DNA of 64,000 nt from Polyangiales bacterium (GTDB lineage Bacteria > Myxococcota_A > Polyangia > Polyangiales > Ga0077539): assembly GCA_044229975.1 (NCBI GenBank), contig JBGARZ010000003.1:384001-448000 (forward strand), written 5' to 3'. This document shows positions 1 to 8,860 of the stretch, one piece after another (within the stretch, counting starts at the first letter, position 1; each line of letters opens with the position of its first letter). The notes beneath the pieces are model-generated. The model did no database searches. It saw only the letters and a list, made by a program, of their open reading frames with translations, and was not told the origin of the DNA. Made by a program: the position numbers and the translations under genes.

Positions 1-122
1 TGATGGAGAAGACCTACGGCGCGCTGGTGAGCGAACTCGGGAAGGCGGCAGCCGAGCGGTTCTTCCCGAAGACCCGTGTGGTGAAGGAAAAGGCTGCGCC
101 GGATCCGAAGCCCGTCGCTTAG
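1..122 (+). CDS. 3' end of an uncharacterised protein (partial; ends ...YGALVSELGKAAAERFFPKTRVVKEKAAPDPKPVA*)
   Basis: The open frame from position 3 ends at TAG 120-122 and has high-GC codon usage. Its C-terminal 'Y..L.......AERFFP' resembles 'YVQLRAWALENGEERGYADRFFP' in the 57073-57795 protein. Confidence 0.65.
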   Translation, partial: MEKTYGALVSELGKAAAERFFPKTRVVKEKAAPDPKPVA

Positions 123-126
123 CGGG

Positions 127-291
127 TTCGAAGCGCCGCGCCGGGGGGGCGGAGCGGCGCTTCGAAAGGTCGAAAGACTGCGCCGGTGGGGAGAAGCGCG
201 GTTTCGATGGCGCAAAAGGGAGCGCCGAGGCTCCGGGGCGGCGTTTCAAAAGATCGAAGACGCTCGACGGGGGCACGGCGCGGTCTTTCGA
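127..291. repeat. Four degenerate 42-bp-period palindromic units (TCGAA...TTCGA)
   Basis: TCGAA-like words start at 128, 170, 212 (GCAAA) and 254. TTCGA-like words start at 161, 203, 245 (TTCAA) and 287. Unit 1 is a perfect 13-bp stem (127-139 with 154-166) and may also act as a terminator. Confidence 0.7.
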
Positions 292-303
292 CGCTCGATC
301 CAT

Positions 304-473
304 CGCAGAACTTCGCGTGGTGGCAGCCCCCGGGGCCTACGCCGCGGCGTTAGCGCGGCGCGCAAACGATCACCTCTCCGGTCCTCGTCCGTCCGACCGG
401 AGAGGTCGTGGTCGCGCGCCGCGCTAACGCCGCGGCGTAGGCCCCGGGGACTGCCACCACGCGAAGCTCTGCG
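304..473. repeat. Long palindromic element (60-bp inverted repeat plus inner 12-bp stem), REP/MITE-like
   Basis: 304-363 is the reverse complement of 414-473 with 2 mismatches. ACCTCTCCGGTC (372-383) pairs with GACCGGAGAGGT (395-406). Confidence 0.9.
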
Positions 474-667
474 GTCACGGAGATCGGACGAGACCTCGTC
501 CGGACGTCGGCGACTGCGGGCGTGGGCGGTCGCGTCCCGCCGGGTAAGGCCGCTCACCGCAGGCGTCGCCGTCGCTCCCGGAGTGGCGCGCCGCCCTCCC
601 CATCCGGGCCCGATGGTACTAAGCCTGCGCCTGCGCCTCGCGACATCCCACCAGGAGCACAGAGCCC

Positions 668-2074
668 ATGCGTCGACCCGATTCCATCGTTGGCCTCACC
701 CTCCACCTCGCCCGCCAGCGCTTCGGCGCCGCCGCCCTCCGCCGCGCCGCCCTCGCCGCTGGCGCCCTCACCCTCGGCGCCGCCACCTTCGTCGCGACCC
801 GCCCCGCTGCACCCGTCGCGCGTGCCACCACCGCGCACGCTCGCCGCGCCCACCTCTGGACCGTCGGCCAGTGCGCCCGCTCTCAGCAGGTCTGCGTCGC
901 CGACACCATGTGCGCCACCGGCGACCGCTGCGTCGACCCGCTGCACCTCGATGCGCGCCTGCAACAGCGCGTCGACACCCATGACGAGGCCCTTCACATC
1001 TATCCGCACGTCGTCCCCGATGGCGACGGCTACGGCGTCGCCTGGACCGCCATCAGCGACGAAGAGGCCGACATCTGGTTCGCGCGCCTCGACGCCGAGG
1101 GCAAGCGCCGCGGCCCCGCGGTGCAGCTCACGCGCGGCGGCTCGGTGCGCCTGCGCCCGCGCGTCGCCCGCGGCCCCGCCGGGTGGGCCGTCGGCTGGAT
1201 CGACGTGAGCGACGACGGCCTCTCCAGCTACCTCCTCCGCCTCGACACCGAAGGCCGCCCGCAAGGCACGCCCGCCCGCGTCGGCAGCGGCGACCTCAAC
1301 CTGCTCTCCGAGGTCGTCGCCAGCGGCGGTCAGTACGGCGTCGCGTACCTGTCGGCGAGCGCGTCCAACCAGATGAGCGTTCACCTCGCGCGCGTCGGCC
1401 AGGACGGTGCGGCCATCGGCGCGCCGCTCACCATCGCCGCCAACCAGCTCGTGCTCGGCACCGTCGGCCTCGCCGCCGCCAACGAGCGCTGGTTCGTCGG
1501 CTGGAACCACTTCGTCCCCCGCGACGAGCGCGCCGAGACCTTCGCCGCCGTCGTCAACGGCACCACCGTCGCGACGCCCGTCCGCCTCGACGCCCACGCG
1601 GGCCGCAACGGCAGCGTCGCGCTCGACTGGTCCAACGGTCAGGTCGGCGCCGTCTGGGAGGACACCTTCGAGGAGACGGACGACGACTCCTTCCGCAACG
1701 GCCTCGTCTTCGGCGGCCTCTCCAACGCCACCACTGCCATCCCCCGCAAGGCGGTCACCGATCGCCGCGGCATCGTCTTCCAGCCCACGCTGTCGGGCGC
1801 CGGGGCGCAGCACGGTCTCGTCTTCACCCGCCTCGACGACGACACGCCGACGGTGCAGTTCGGCCGGCTCAACCCGCAGGGCGCGGTGGTCGGCGCCCTC
1901 GGGCAGCTCAACAGTCGCACCTCCCTCGCCGCCCTCGGCGCGCTCGCGTTCAACGGCCGCAACTTCGCCGCCGCCTGGACGCAGATCGACCGCGACGGCG
2001 TGACCCTCCGCTTCGCCCGCCTCGACGCCAACGGCCGCCGCATCGGCGCCGAAGTGCCCATCTCGCCGCGCTGA
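668..2074 (+). CDS. Secreted or membrane-anchored hypothetical protein with repeated beta-strand modules (beta-propeller-like)
   Basis: 468-aa ORF preceded by AGGAG. It has an N-terminal hydrophobic segment, a small Cys-rich motif and repeated 'YGVAW...FARLDAxG' units. Confidence 0.75.
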   Translation: MRRPDSIVGLTLHLARQRFGAAALRRAALAAGALTLGAATFVATRPAAPVARATTAHARRAHLWTVGQCARSQQVCVADTMCATGDRCVDPLHLDARLQQRVDTHDEALHIYPHVVPDGDGYGVAWTAISDEEADIWFARLDAEGKRRGPAVQLTRGGSVRLRPRVARGPAGWAVGWIDVSDDGLSSYLLRLDTEGRPQGTPARVGSGDLNLLSEVVASGGQYGVAYLSASASNQMSVHLARVGQDGAAIGAPLTIAANQLVLGTVGLAAANERWFVGWNHFVPRDERAETFAAVVNGTTVATPVRLDAHAGRNGSVALDWSNGQVGAVWEDTFEETDDDSFRNGLVFGGLSNATTAIPRKAVTDRRGIVFQPTLSGAGAQHGLVFTRLDDDTPTVQFGRLNPQGAVVGALGQLNSRTSLAALGALAFNGRNFAAAWTQIDRDGVTLRFARLDANGRRIGAEVPISPR

Positions 2075-2278
2075 CGGACTCTCCTTCACCGACCAGATAC
2101 AGGGGTTCAACCCACTGTGGGGCTGGGGTTCGCGCGTTGGCGCTCCCCCGCAATCCCTCTTCCCGTAGTAGCGTCCGCGCACGCCACCGGAGCCGACGGC
2201 CTGCCGCCGCCGCGCTCTCCGGTGCGCCGTTGTCTCCCACTCACCCAACGTCACCCCTCGCAGGAGCACACTCCTCCC

Positions 2279-5200
2279 ATGGCCCGTACAACGGTACCCC
2301 GCTCACCCTGGCGCTCGCTCGCGGTGCTCTGTCTCGCCGCACTCTCCGTCGGTGGAATGGACTGCGCGCAAGAGCGCTCCCCCATCGACCGAACCCGCGA
2401 AAACGCTCTGCCCAAGACGTTCTTCGTCGGCGCGAACTACACCGACCAGGGCGACGACCCGGAGTTCTACGCGAACAACTTCGTCGTCGACGGCAACGCC
2501 GACAACTCCATGATGCCCGTCGGAACCTACGACGACGTCGACCGCATCCGCTGGGAGATCCAGGAGGACTTCCTCCTCGCCCGCAAGGCGTACGAGTACA
2601 TCGAGGGCAGCGACGGACGCGCCCCGGATGTGCGCCGCACGCCCCACGGAATCATCGTCGCGGCGTACCGCATCGAGAGCCACTTCGACATCCGCCGCGG
2701 GTACAACCCCACCACCGGCGAAGAGCTCAACGTCGTCGAGGAGAACGTCTCCGACCGCCGCTGGCACGAGCGCGACAACATCCGCGTCGACTGGTCACGC
2801 AACCTGGTCAACAACCCCGACTGGTCGTGGGTCTGGTACGGCTCGGTCTTCGGTGAGCTGTCGTTTGCCCCCGTCGCGTGGACCGAGACCAACCCCGCCT
2901 CGCCCGACGCCAACAACTTCTGCGAGATGAACGCCGGCATGGTGCGCGGCCCCGACGGCTCCTGCGTCGCCGCCACCAACCCCCGCAATCACCCCGGCGG
3001 CTACCTCGACATCACCTCCAAGTGGCTGGTCAACCCGGAGAACTCCAACCTCTTCGAAGAGCCCATCCCGACCTGCCTCATCGCCAACTTCTTCGCCAAC
3101 GGGCCGGTCTACTCCTGCGCGCAGCAGGAGACCGTCATCCGCACGTCGTTCCGCCGCGTGGAGGACCACGACTTCGAGCCGCTCGAGCTCACCCGCGCCC
3201 CCTACGACCTCGTCGGCGGGCCGCGCGCCGAGCGCAACGGCTACGACCCCGGCTACGGCCTCGTCGACCGCAACTTCCACCGCTTCGCGATGATCCACAA
3301 CCTGTGGCAGCAGTCGCACCTCTCGCCCTCCGTCGCGTGTGACGCCAACACCGACGCCGACAACAACGGCACCGCCGACGCCTGCCAGTCGGCCAACAGC
3401 CGCGGCTCGCAGTGCGACGTCATCAACCACCGCTGCACCATCCCCTACCGCGATCGCACCGTTCGCCCGATCGCCTACTACACCAACACCATCATGCCGC
3501 CGGAGATGCAGGACCACGTCGTGATCCCCGGCCCCGATGGCAACGACACCTACCGCCTGCCCACGGCGGCCGAGGTCTCCAGCCGCTCGTACGTTCGCGG
3601 CGCCTCGGAGGACATCGTCGACTCCTGGAACCGCGCCATCATGGCCTCGGTCGCCAACGCCCGCGAGGTCGAGTGCCGCCGCACCGGCGGTGAGCGCGCG
3701 ACCTGCCACGCGCAGTTCTTCGACAACGCGGAAGAGCCGCAGGGCGACGGCGCCTGGCTCGCCGAGCGCCCGAAGGCCAGCAACGGCCCCGCCGTGGTCA
3801 TCTGCCACAACCCGGTGCGCGCCGACGACTCCACCGCGTGCCGCGAGGTCGGCTACTCCGCGCGCCTCGGCGACGTGCGCTTCAACCACCTCACGTACAT
3901 CCCGGGCCGCAACCGCGCGCCCTTCGGCGGCATCGCCCACTGGGGCTACGACCCCCTCACCGGCGAGGTCGTCTCCAACGGCGGAACCAACATGGGCCGC
4001 TCGGTGGAGTTCGCCGCCGCCCAGCAGCGCGACTACATCCTCCTCGCCCTCGGCGAGCTCGACGTCGCCGACTTCGTCAACGGCGCCGCCGCCCAGCGCT
4101 TCACCACGCAGGTGCGCAACCCCGCGAGCCAGCCGCGCACCCGCTTCAGCGACCGCGAGCTCGACGCCCGCGTCCGCGGCGTCAACGGCGCCAGCGCCGC
4201 CCGCGACCTCGGGCTCACCGTCGCCGCGCAGTCCACGGGCGCGCGTGGCCTCGCCCTGCACGACCAGCAGCTCCTCGACACGTCGTCGCCCGTCGGCGAC
4301 GTGAGCCGCACCGAGACCCGCGTCGAGACGGCCCAGGCCGCCCTGCGCAACACCTCCGTCGAGGCCGACATGGTCGACGAGGGCTGGCTCGCCAACCTCG
4401 GCTTCGATCCGCACTCGCGCCGCACGCAGTCGCTGCTCGACCAGACCTCGCCGCTCCGCCGCATGGACCCCGAGCGCGCCGAGGCCACCTGGAACACCCT
4501 GCTCCAGCGCCTCGAACACCGCGGCTTCTGCTTCCAGGACATGGGCGCGCCGCCGATGATCGGCAGCGTCGACCTCCAGGGCGTGGCCCGCTACTTCGCG
4601 CGCAAGTACGCGAGCAACACGCCCGCCGAGCGCTCGCGCCGCATCTACAACGACCTGCGCATCGAGGCCTACAAGGGCATCGCGCTGCACGAGGTCGGGC
4701 ACTCGCTCGGGCTCTACCACCTGCCCTCGTCGAGCTACGACTCGATGAACTACAACCCGCAGTACTGGCAGCTCCGCACCCGCAACGGCGCGGCCACCCA
4801 GACCTGCACGCCGGTGTGCACCTTCAACAGCTGCACCAACACCCGCAACGCCGACCAGAACAACGACAACTGCATGGGTCCGCGCTACCTCGACCCGGCC
4901 TCGGACGAGGAGCTCGGCCTCGCGGCGGGCAGCGAACCCCACGCGGGCATCGACTACTTCGGCAACACGTCGGTGATGGAATACCAGTGGGAGCGCTTCG
5001 ACGAGACCGTCGGCATCGGCTCCTACGACCACTACGCGATGGGCATCCTCTACGGTCGCGTGATCGAGACGATGGACTCGGACACCACCCGCGGCGGCAT
5101 CCCCGTCTCGGAGCAGGACCGCTTCTCCGCCCGCCTGCGCTCGCAGCTCTCGGACCTCGACCAGATCCAGTACTCCGACCCCGTGCTCGGTGAGACCGGC

Positions 5201-6832
5201 GTGCTGCCGATCCACTACACCGAGCTCGCGCGTCAGCTGAACATCTTCAGCCCGTCGCAGTGCCGCGACGCCACGCCCGAAGAGCGCGCCCGTTATGCGT
5301 GGCGCCTCGTCGACGGGAAGATCTGCCGCCTGCACCCGCGCGACCACGCCGCGATGGGCGACTTCGAGTCGGGCCCGACCTCGTCGACCTCGACCCGCGA
5401 CGCGCCCTCGTGGCGCACCGTCGAGACCGCGCGCACGGGCGGCAACCACCTCCGCTGGGGCTACCGCGTCGCCTGGGACATCGGCACCGGCTACCCCCAC
5501 ATCAACTACTTCGACCAGGGCGCCGACATCTACGAGGTGACCCAGTCGATGATCCGCAAGTACGAGCTGACCTACCCGTCGCTCTACTTCCGTCGCAACC
5601 AGCGCGAGTACTCGCAGTGGGGCATCCCCGCGTACCTCGCGCGCAACATCTTCCGCCGCCTGCGCGGCTACCACTGGAGCGTCGCGCGCGACTCGGCCTA
5701 CTACTCGTCGGCCTTCAGCGACGCGCTCTATCAGCGCATCTCACGCGACGACAACTGGCTCCGTCCGCTGCTCGTCTCGGGCACCGAGATCTTCGACTTC
5801 TTCGCGAAGGTCATCCTCCGCCCCGAGGCCGGCGTGTACGAGCCCATGGCCGATCAGCTCCGCGGGCGACGACCCATCTTCGACGCGGCGGAGGAGGGCA
5901 GCGACATGACGCCGCAGTTCGAGGTGGGCCTCGTCGACGGCCGCTTCATCGGCGAGGAGTACGACAACTCCACCGGCGGGTCGTGGGACTACCACTCGTA
6001 CCTGATCCACGCGGGCTCGTACCCGGAGAAGCCCCTCGCGGCCATCATGATGACCGACACGCGACCGACGTTCTCGTCGATCTCGCGCGGGCTGTACCTC
6101 GACGGGCGCGAGTTCCAGGTGAACTTCCGCACCGACATGCCGCAGGCGTTTGACCGACTGCTCGGCGGTGTTCTCGCCGAGGACTGGGACACCGTCGCGA
6201 TGCACGTCCCCACGGTGTCGGGCGGCGGAACCTCCGGGCTCCCCGCCCTCCAGCCCGCGGTGCTCCCGCTCTGGACGGTGGGCACCAACGTGCTGCCGCA
6301 GCAGCCCACGCGCCCCGCCGGATCGCAGCTCCTCTTCCCCAACATCGGGTACCGCCAGCAGCTCCCGATGGTGGTGTGGTCGATGCTGTTCTCGTCGCTC
6401 AACAGCAACCTCGACACCATCCACCGCACGCGCATCTGGTCGGAGGGCGGCCCCGAGCAGATCGACGTCGCCGAGGCCGAGCGCATCCGCTTCCGCAACC
6501 CGGAGTCGGGCATCACCTACGTCGCGCGCCGCTACGGCAACGACCAGGTCGACGGCGAGACCATCGACCGCGGCATCTCGTCGCGGATGATCGCCCACGC
6601 CAACGAGCTGCTCATCGACACCTACCAGGTGCGCGTCGACGCGACGCTCCAGCCCATCTACGCCGCCGACGGCTCGGTCGAGGTCGTCTACGACGCCCGC
6701 AACCAGCTCGTCCCGGCGCAGTCCGACCCGCGTCGGCAGACCACGGCGGTGACCCGCTTCCGCAACTACGTCGGCCTCATCGACTCCACCCGCTACGCCT
6801 CGCGGCTGCTCGGGTACGGAACCCTCCGCTGA
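2279..6832 (+). CDS. Very large secreted or lipoprotein zinc-dependent metalloprotease (metzincin-like)
   Basis: ATG 2279 follows CAGGAG. There is a signal peptide with Cys ('LSVGGMDC'), the zinc motif HEVGHSLGLYH (HExxHxxGxxH), a downstream Met-turn-like 'SVMEY' and Cys-rich inserts. Confidence 0.85.
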   Translation: MARTTVPRSPWRSLAVLCLAALSVGGMDCAQERSPIDRTRENALPKTFFVGANYTDQGDDPEFYANNFVVDGNADNSMMPVGTYDDVDRIRWEIQEDFLLARKAYEYIEGSDGRAPDVRRTPHGIIVAAYRIESHFDIRRGYNPTTGEELNVVEENVSDRRWHERDNIRVDWSRNLVNNPDWSWVWYGSVFGELSFAPVAWTETNPASPDANNFCEMNAGMVRGPDGSCVAATNPRNHPGGYLDITSKWLVNPENSNLFEEPIPTCLIANFFANGPVYSCAQQETVIRTSFRRVEDHDFEPLELTRAPYDLVGGPRAERNGYDPGYGLVDRNFHRFAMIHNLWQQSHLSPSVACDANTDADNNGTADACQSANSRGSQCDVINHRCTIPYRDRTVRPIAYYTNTIMPPEMQDHVVIPGPDGNDTYRLPTAAEVSSRSYVRGASEDIVDSWNRAIMASVANAREVECRRTGGERATCHAQFFDNAEEPQGDGAWLAERPKASNGPAVVICHNPVRADDSTACREVGYSARLGDVRFNHLTYIPGRNRAPFGGIAHWGYDPLTGEVVSNGGTNMGRSVEFAAAQQRDYILLALGELDVADFVNGAAAQRFTTQVRNPASQPRTRFSDRELDARVRGVNGASAARDLGLTVAAQSTGARGLALHDQQLLDTSSPVGDVSRTETRVETAQAALRNTSVEADMVDEGWLANLGFDPHSRRTQSLLDQTSPLRRMDPERAEATWNTLLQRLEHRGFCFQDMGAPPMIGSVDLQGVARYFARKYASNTPAERSRRIYNDLRIEAYKGIALHEVGHSLGLYHLPSSSYDSMNYNPQYWQLRTRNGAATQTCTPVCTFNSCTNTRNADQNNDNCMGPRYLDPASDEELGLAAGSEPHAGIDYFGNTSVMEYQWERFDETVGIGSYDHYAMGILYGRVIETMDSDTTRGGIPVSEQDRFSARLRSQLSDLDQIQYSDPVLGETGVLPIHYTELARQLNIFSPSQCRDATPEERARYAWRLVDGKICRLHPRDHAAMGDFESGPTSSTSTRDAPSWRTVETARTGGNHLRWGYRVAWDIGTGYPHINYFDQGADIYEVTQSMIRKYELTYPSLYFRRNQREYSQWGIPAYLARNIFRRLRGYHWSVARDSAYYSSAFSDALYQRISRDDNWLRPLLVSGTEIFDFFAKVILRPEAGVYEPMADQLRGRRPIFDAAEEGSDMTPQFEVGLVDGRFIGEEYDNSTGGSWDYHSYLIHAGSYPEKPLAAIMMTDTRPTFSSISRGLYLDGREFQVNFRTDMPQAFDRLLGGVLAEDWDTVAMHVPTVSGGGTSGLPALQPAVLPLWTVGTNVLPQQPTRPAGSQLLFPNIGYRQQLPMVVWSMLFSSLNSNLDTIHRTRIWSEGGPEQIDVAEAERIRFRNPESGITYVARRYGNDQVDGETIDRGISSRMIAHANELLIDTYQVRVDATLQPIYAADGSVEVVYDARNQLVPAQSDPRRQTTAVTRFRNYVGLIDSTRYASRLLGYGTLR

Positions 6833-6873
6833 CCGCTGCCTCCGCATCGCCGCCGGGATAGACTCCGTCGGCG

Positions 6874-7776
6874 ATGACTCCTCCTGGCGCTCGACGCCGC
6901 TCCGCCCTCCTCCTCACCCTCTGCCTCGGCGCCGGCTGCATCTTCAGCTCGCGCCGCGCCGCGTCCGTCGACGGCGCCGAAAGCGGCCCACGGTGGATCG
7001 CCCTCCACGGCCGCGCCCAGGCCGACGGTGGCGCCCCCGCGCCGAGCGCCCCCACCACGGTCGACCGCGCCAGTCTCCCGCGCTGCCCCGACGGCTCGGT
7101 GTACATCCCGGGTGGTCGCTTCGAGATGGGCAGCGCCGAGGGACAGGGCGCGCCCGACGAGCACCCGCAGCACACGGTGCTGCTGCGCGGGTACTGCCTC
7201 GATCGCACCGAGGTGGTCGTCGACGCGTACACCCGCTGCGTGCGCGCGGGCGCCTGCACCCGCCCGGTGGCGACGACGCTGCCGCAGGGCGACCAGCCGG
7301 TGTCGGGCGTCGACTGGCACCAGTCGGAGAGCTTCTGCCGCTTCGTGGGAGGCCGCCTGCCGACCGAGGCCGAGTGGGAGTTTGCCGCGCGCGGGACCGA
7401 CGGCCGCCGCTACCCCTGGGGCAACGAAGACCCGAGCTCGTGCACCACGCTCGACTGGACCAACGGGACGGAGAGCTGCGGAGGCGTTGGCCCGAGCGCG
7501 GCGGGGTCGCACCCGACGGGGGCATCGCCGTATGGCGTTCTCGACATGGCGGGCAACGTCTGGGAGTGGACCTCGGACTGGTACAGCCGCCAGTACGAAG
7601 CGGGCCTGCAAGAGAACCCCACCGGACCGTTGGAGGGATCAGCGCGCGTGACCCGCGGGGGCGGCTTCAACAACGACCAGGTCGAGCGCCTGCGCACGAC
7701 CTTCCGCGAAGGGCAGCACCCCAACTTCCACGACTACGACCTGGGCGTTCGCTGCGCCTACGATCCGAGCTCATAG
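6874..7776 (+). CDS. Formylglycine-generating-enzyme (FGE/SUMF1) domain lipoprotein
   Basis: Motifs 'IPGGRFEMGS', 'RLPTEAEWEFAARG', 'GVLDMAGNVWEW', 'RGGGF' and 'GVRCA'; lipobox-like 'LGAGC'. Confidence 0.9.
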   Translation: MTPPGARRRSALLLTLCLGAGCIFSSRRAASVDGAESGPRWIALHGRAQADGGAPAPSAPTTVDRASLPRCPDGSVYIPGGRFEMGSAEGQGAPDEHPQHTVLLRGYCLDRTEVVVDAYTRCVRAGACTRPVATTLPQGDQPVSGVDWHQSESFCRFVGGRLPTEAEWEFAARGTDGRRYPWGNEDPSSCTTLDWTNGTESCGGVGPSAAGSHPTGASPYGVLDMAGNVWEWTSDWYSRQYEAGLQENPTGPLEGSARVTRGGGFNNDQVERLRTTFREGQHPNFHDYDLGVRCAYDPSS

Positions 7777-7790
7777 CGGGCACGGCGCGG

Positions 7791-8816
7791 ATGGTTCGCC
7801 CGGTCGACAACCCGCCCAACCCGTGGAGCACCACGGAGGTCGAGTACCTCGAAGAAGCGCCGCCCGCTCGGCTCGAACTCTTCGAAGAGACCGCCCGCTC
7901 CATCGTGTCGGGCAACGACAGCCCGGACATCCCGTTCATGTGGAGCGTCAACCCGTACCGCGGGTGCATCCACGCCTGCGCCTACTGCTACGCGCGACCG
8001 TCGCACCAGTACCTCGGCTTCGGCGCGGGCACCGACTTCGACCGCAAGATCGTGGTGAAGACCAACGCCCCCGAGCTGCTCAAGGCGACCTTCGATCGCC
8101 GCTCGTGGAAGGGCGAGATGATCTCGTTTTCGGGCAACACCGACTGCTACCAGCCCATCGAGTCGAACTACGAGCTCACCCGCCGCTGCCTCGAAGTCGC
8201 CCTGGAGTACCGCAACCCGATCGCCATCATCACCAAGAGCGCGCTGGTGCAGCGAGACGCGGCGCTGCTCGCGGCGCTGTCGAAGGTGGCGCAGGTGCGG
8301 GTGTTCGTGAGCTGCTCGTTTGCGGACGAAGCGCAGGCCCGCGCGATGGAGCCGTGGGCCGCGTCGGTGGCGCGGCGCATGGCGACGCTGAGGGTGCTGT
8401 CGGACGCGGGCGTGGCGTGCGGCGTGGCGGTGGCGCCGGTGATCCCCGGGCTCAACGACGACCAGGTGGCGCGGGTGCTGACCGTGGCGCACGCGAACGG
8501 GGCGCGGCGGGCGTTCATGCAGATGCTGCGGTTGCCGGCGGAGGTGGGGCCGGTGTTCGAGGCGCGGCTGGCGGAGGCCTTTCCCGATCGGGCGAAGCGG
8601 GTCGAGCACGCGGTGGTGGAGCTGCGTCGCGGCAAGAAGAACGACCCGCGCTTCGGCGAGCGCATGCGCGGCAGCGGCCCGCGCTGGGATGCGATCGTGG
8701 CGCTCTTCAACGCCCAGTGCCGACGGCTCGGGATGAACGACGAGGACCTTCTGCCTCCGGAGGGGCCGAGCACCTTCAGGCGACCGACGCGACAGGGCAG
8801 CCTGTTTGGCGACTGA
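7791..8816 (+). CDS. Radical SAM protein, PA0069/SplB-like family
   Basis: 'SVNPYRGCIHACAYCYAR' gives CxxxCxxC. Also 'NTDCYQPIE' and the C-terminal 'QGSLF'. Start set at ATG 7791 inside the longer ORF. Confidence 0.9.
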   Translation: MVRPVDNPPNPWSTTEVEYLEEAPPARLELFEETARSIVSGNDSPDIPFMWSVNPYRGCIHACAYCYARPSHQYLGFGAGTDFDRKIVVKTNAPELLKATFDRRSWKGEMISFSGNTDCYQPIESNYELTRRCLEVALEYRNPIAIITKSALVQRDAALLAALSKVAQVRVFVSCSFADEAQARAMEPWAASVARRMATLRVLSDAGVACGVAVAPVIPGLNDDQVARVLTVAHANGARRAFMQMLRLPAEVGPVFEARLAEAFPDRAKRVEHAVVELRRGKKNDPRFGERMRGSGPRWDAIVALFNAQCRRLGMNDEDLLPPEGPSTFRRPTRQGSLFGD

Positions 8817-8860
8817 TCGGCGACCTTCTCGCTGCTGAAACCGCGCGGTAGGTTGCGCGG

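Noticed and set aside
2142..2152. GCTCCCCCGCA, matching the start of the CRISPR repeat
   Set aside because: An isolated 11-mer in GC-rich DNA, with no second half of the repeat or periodicity.
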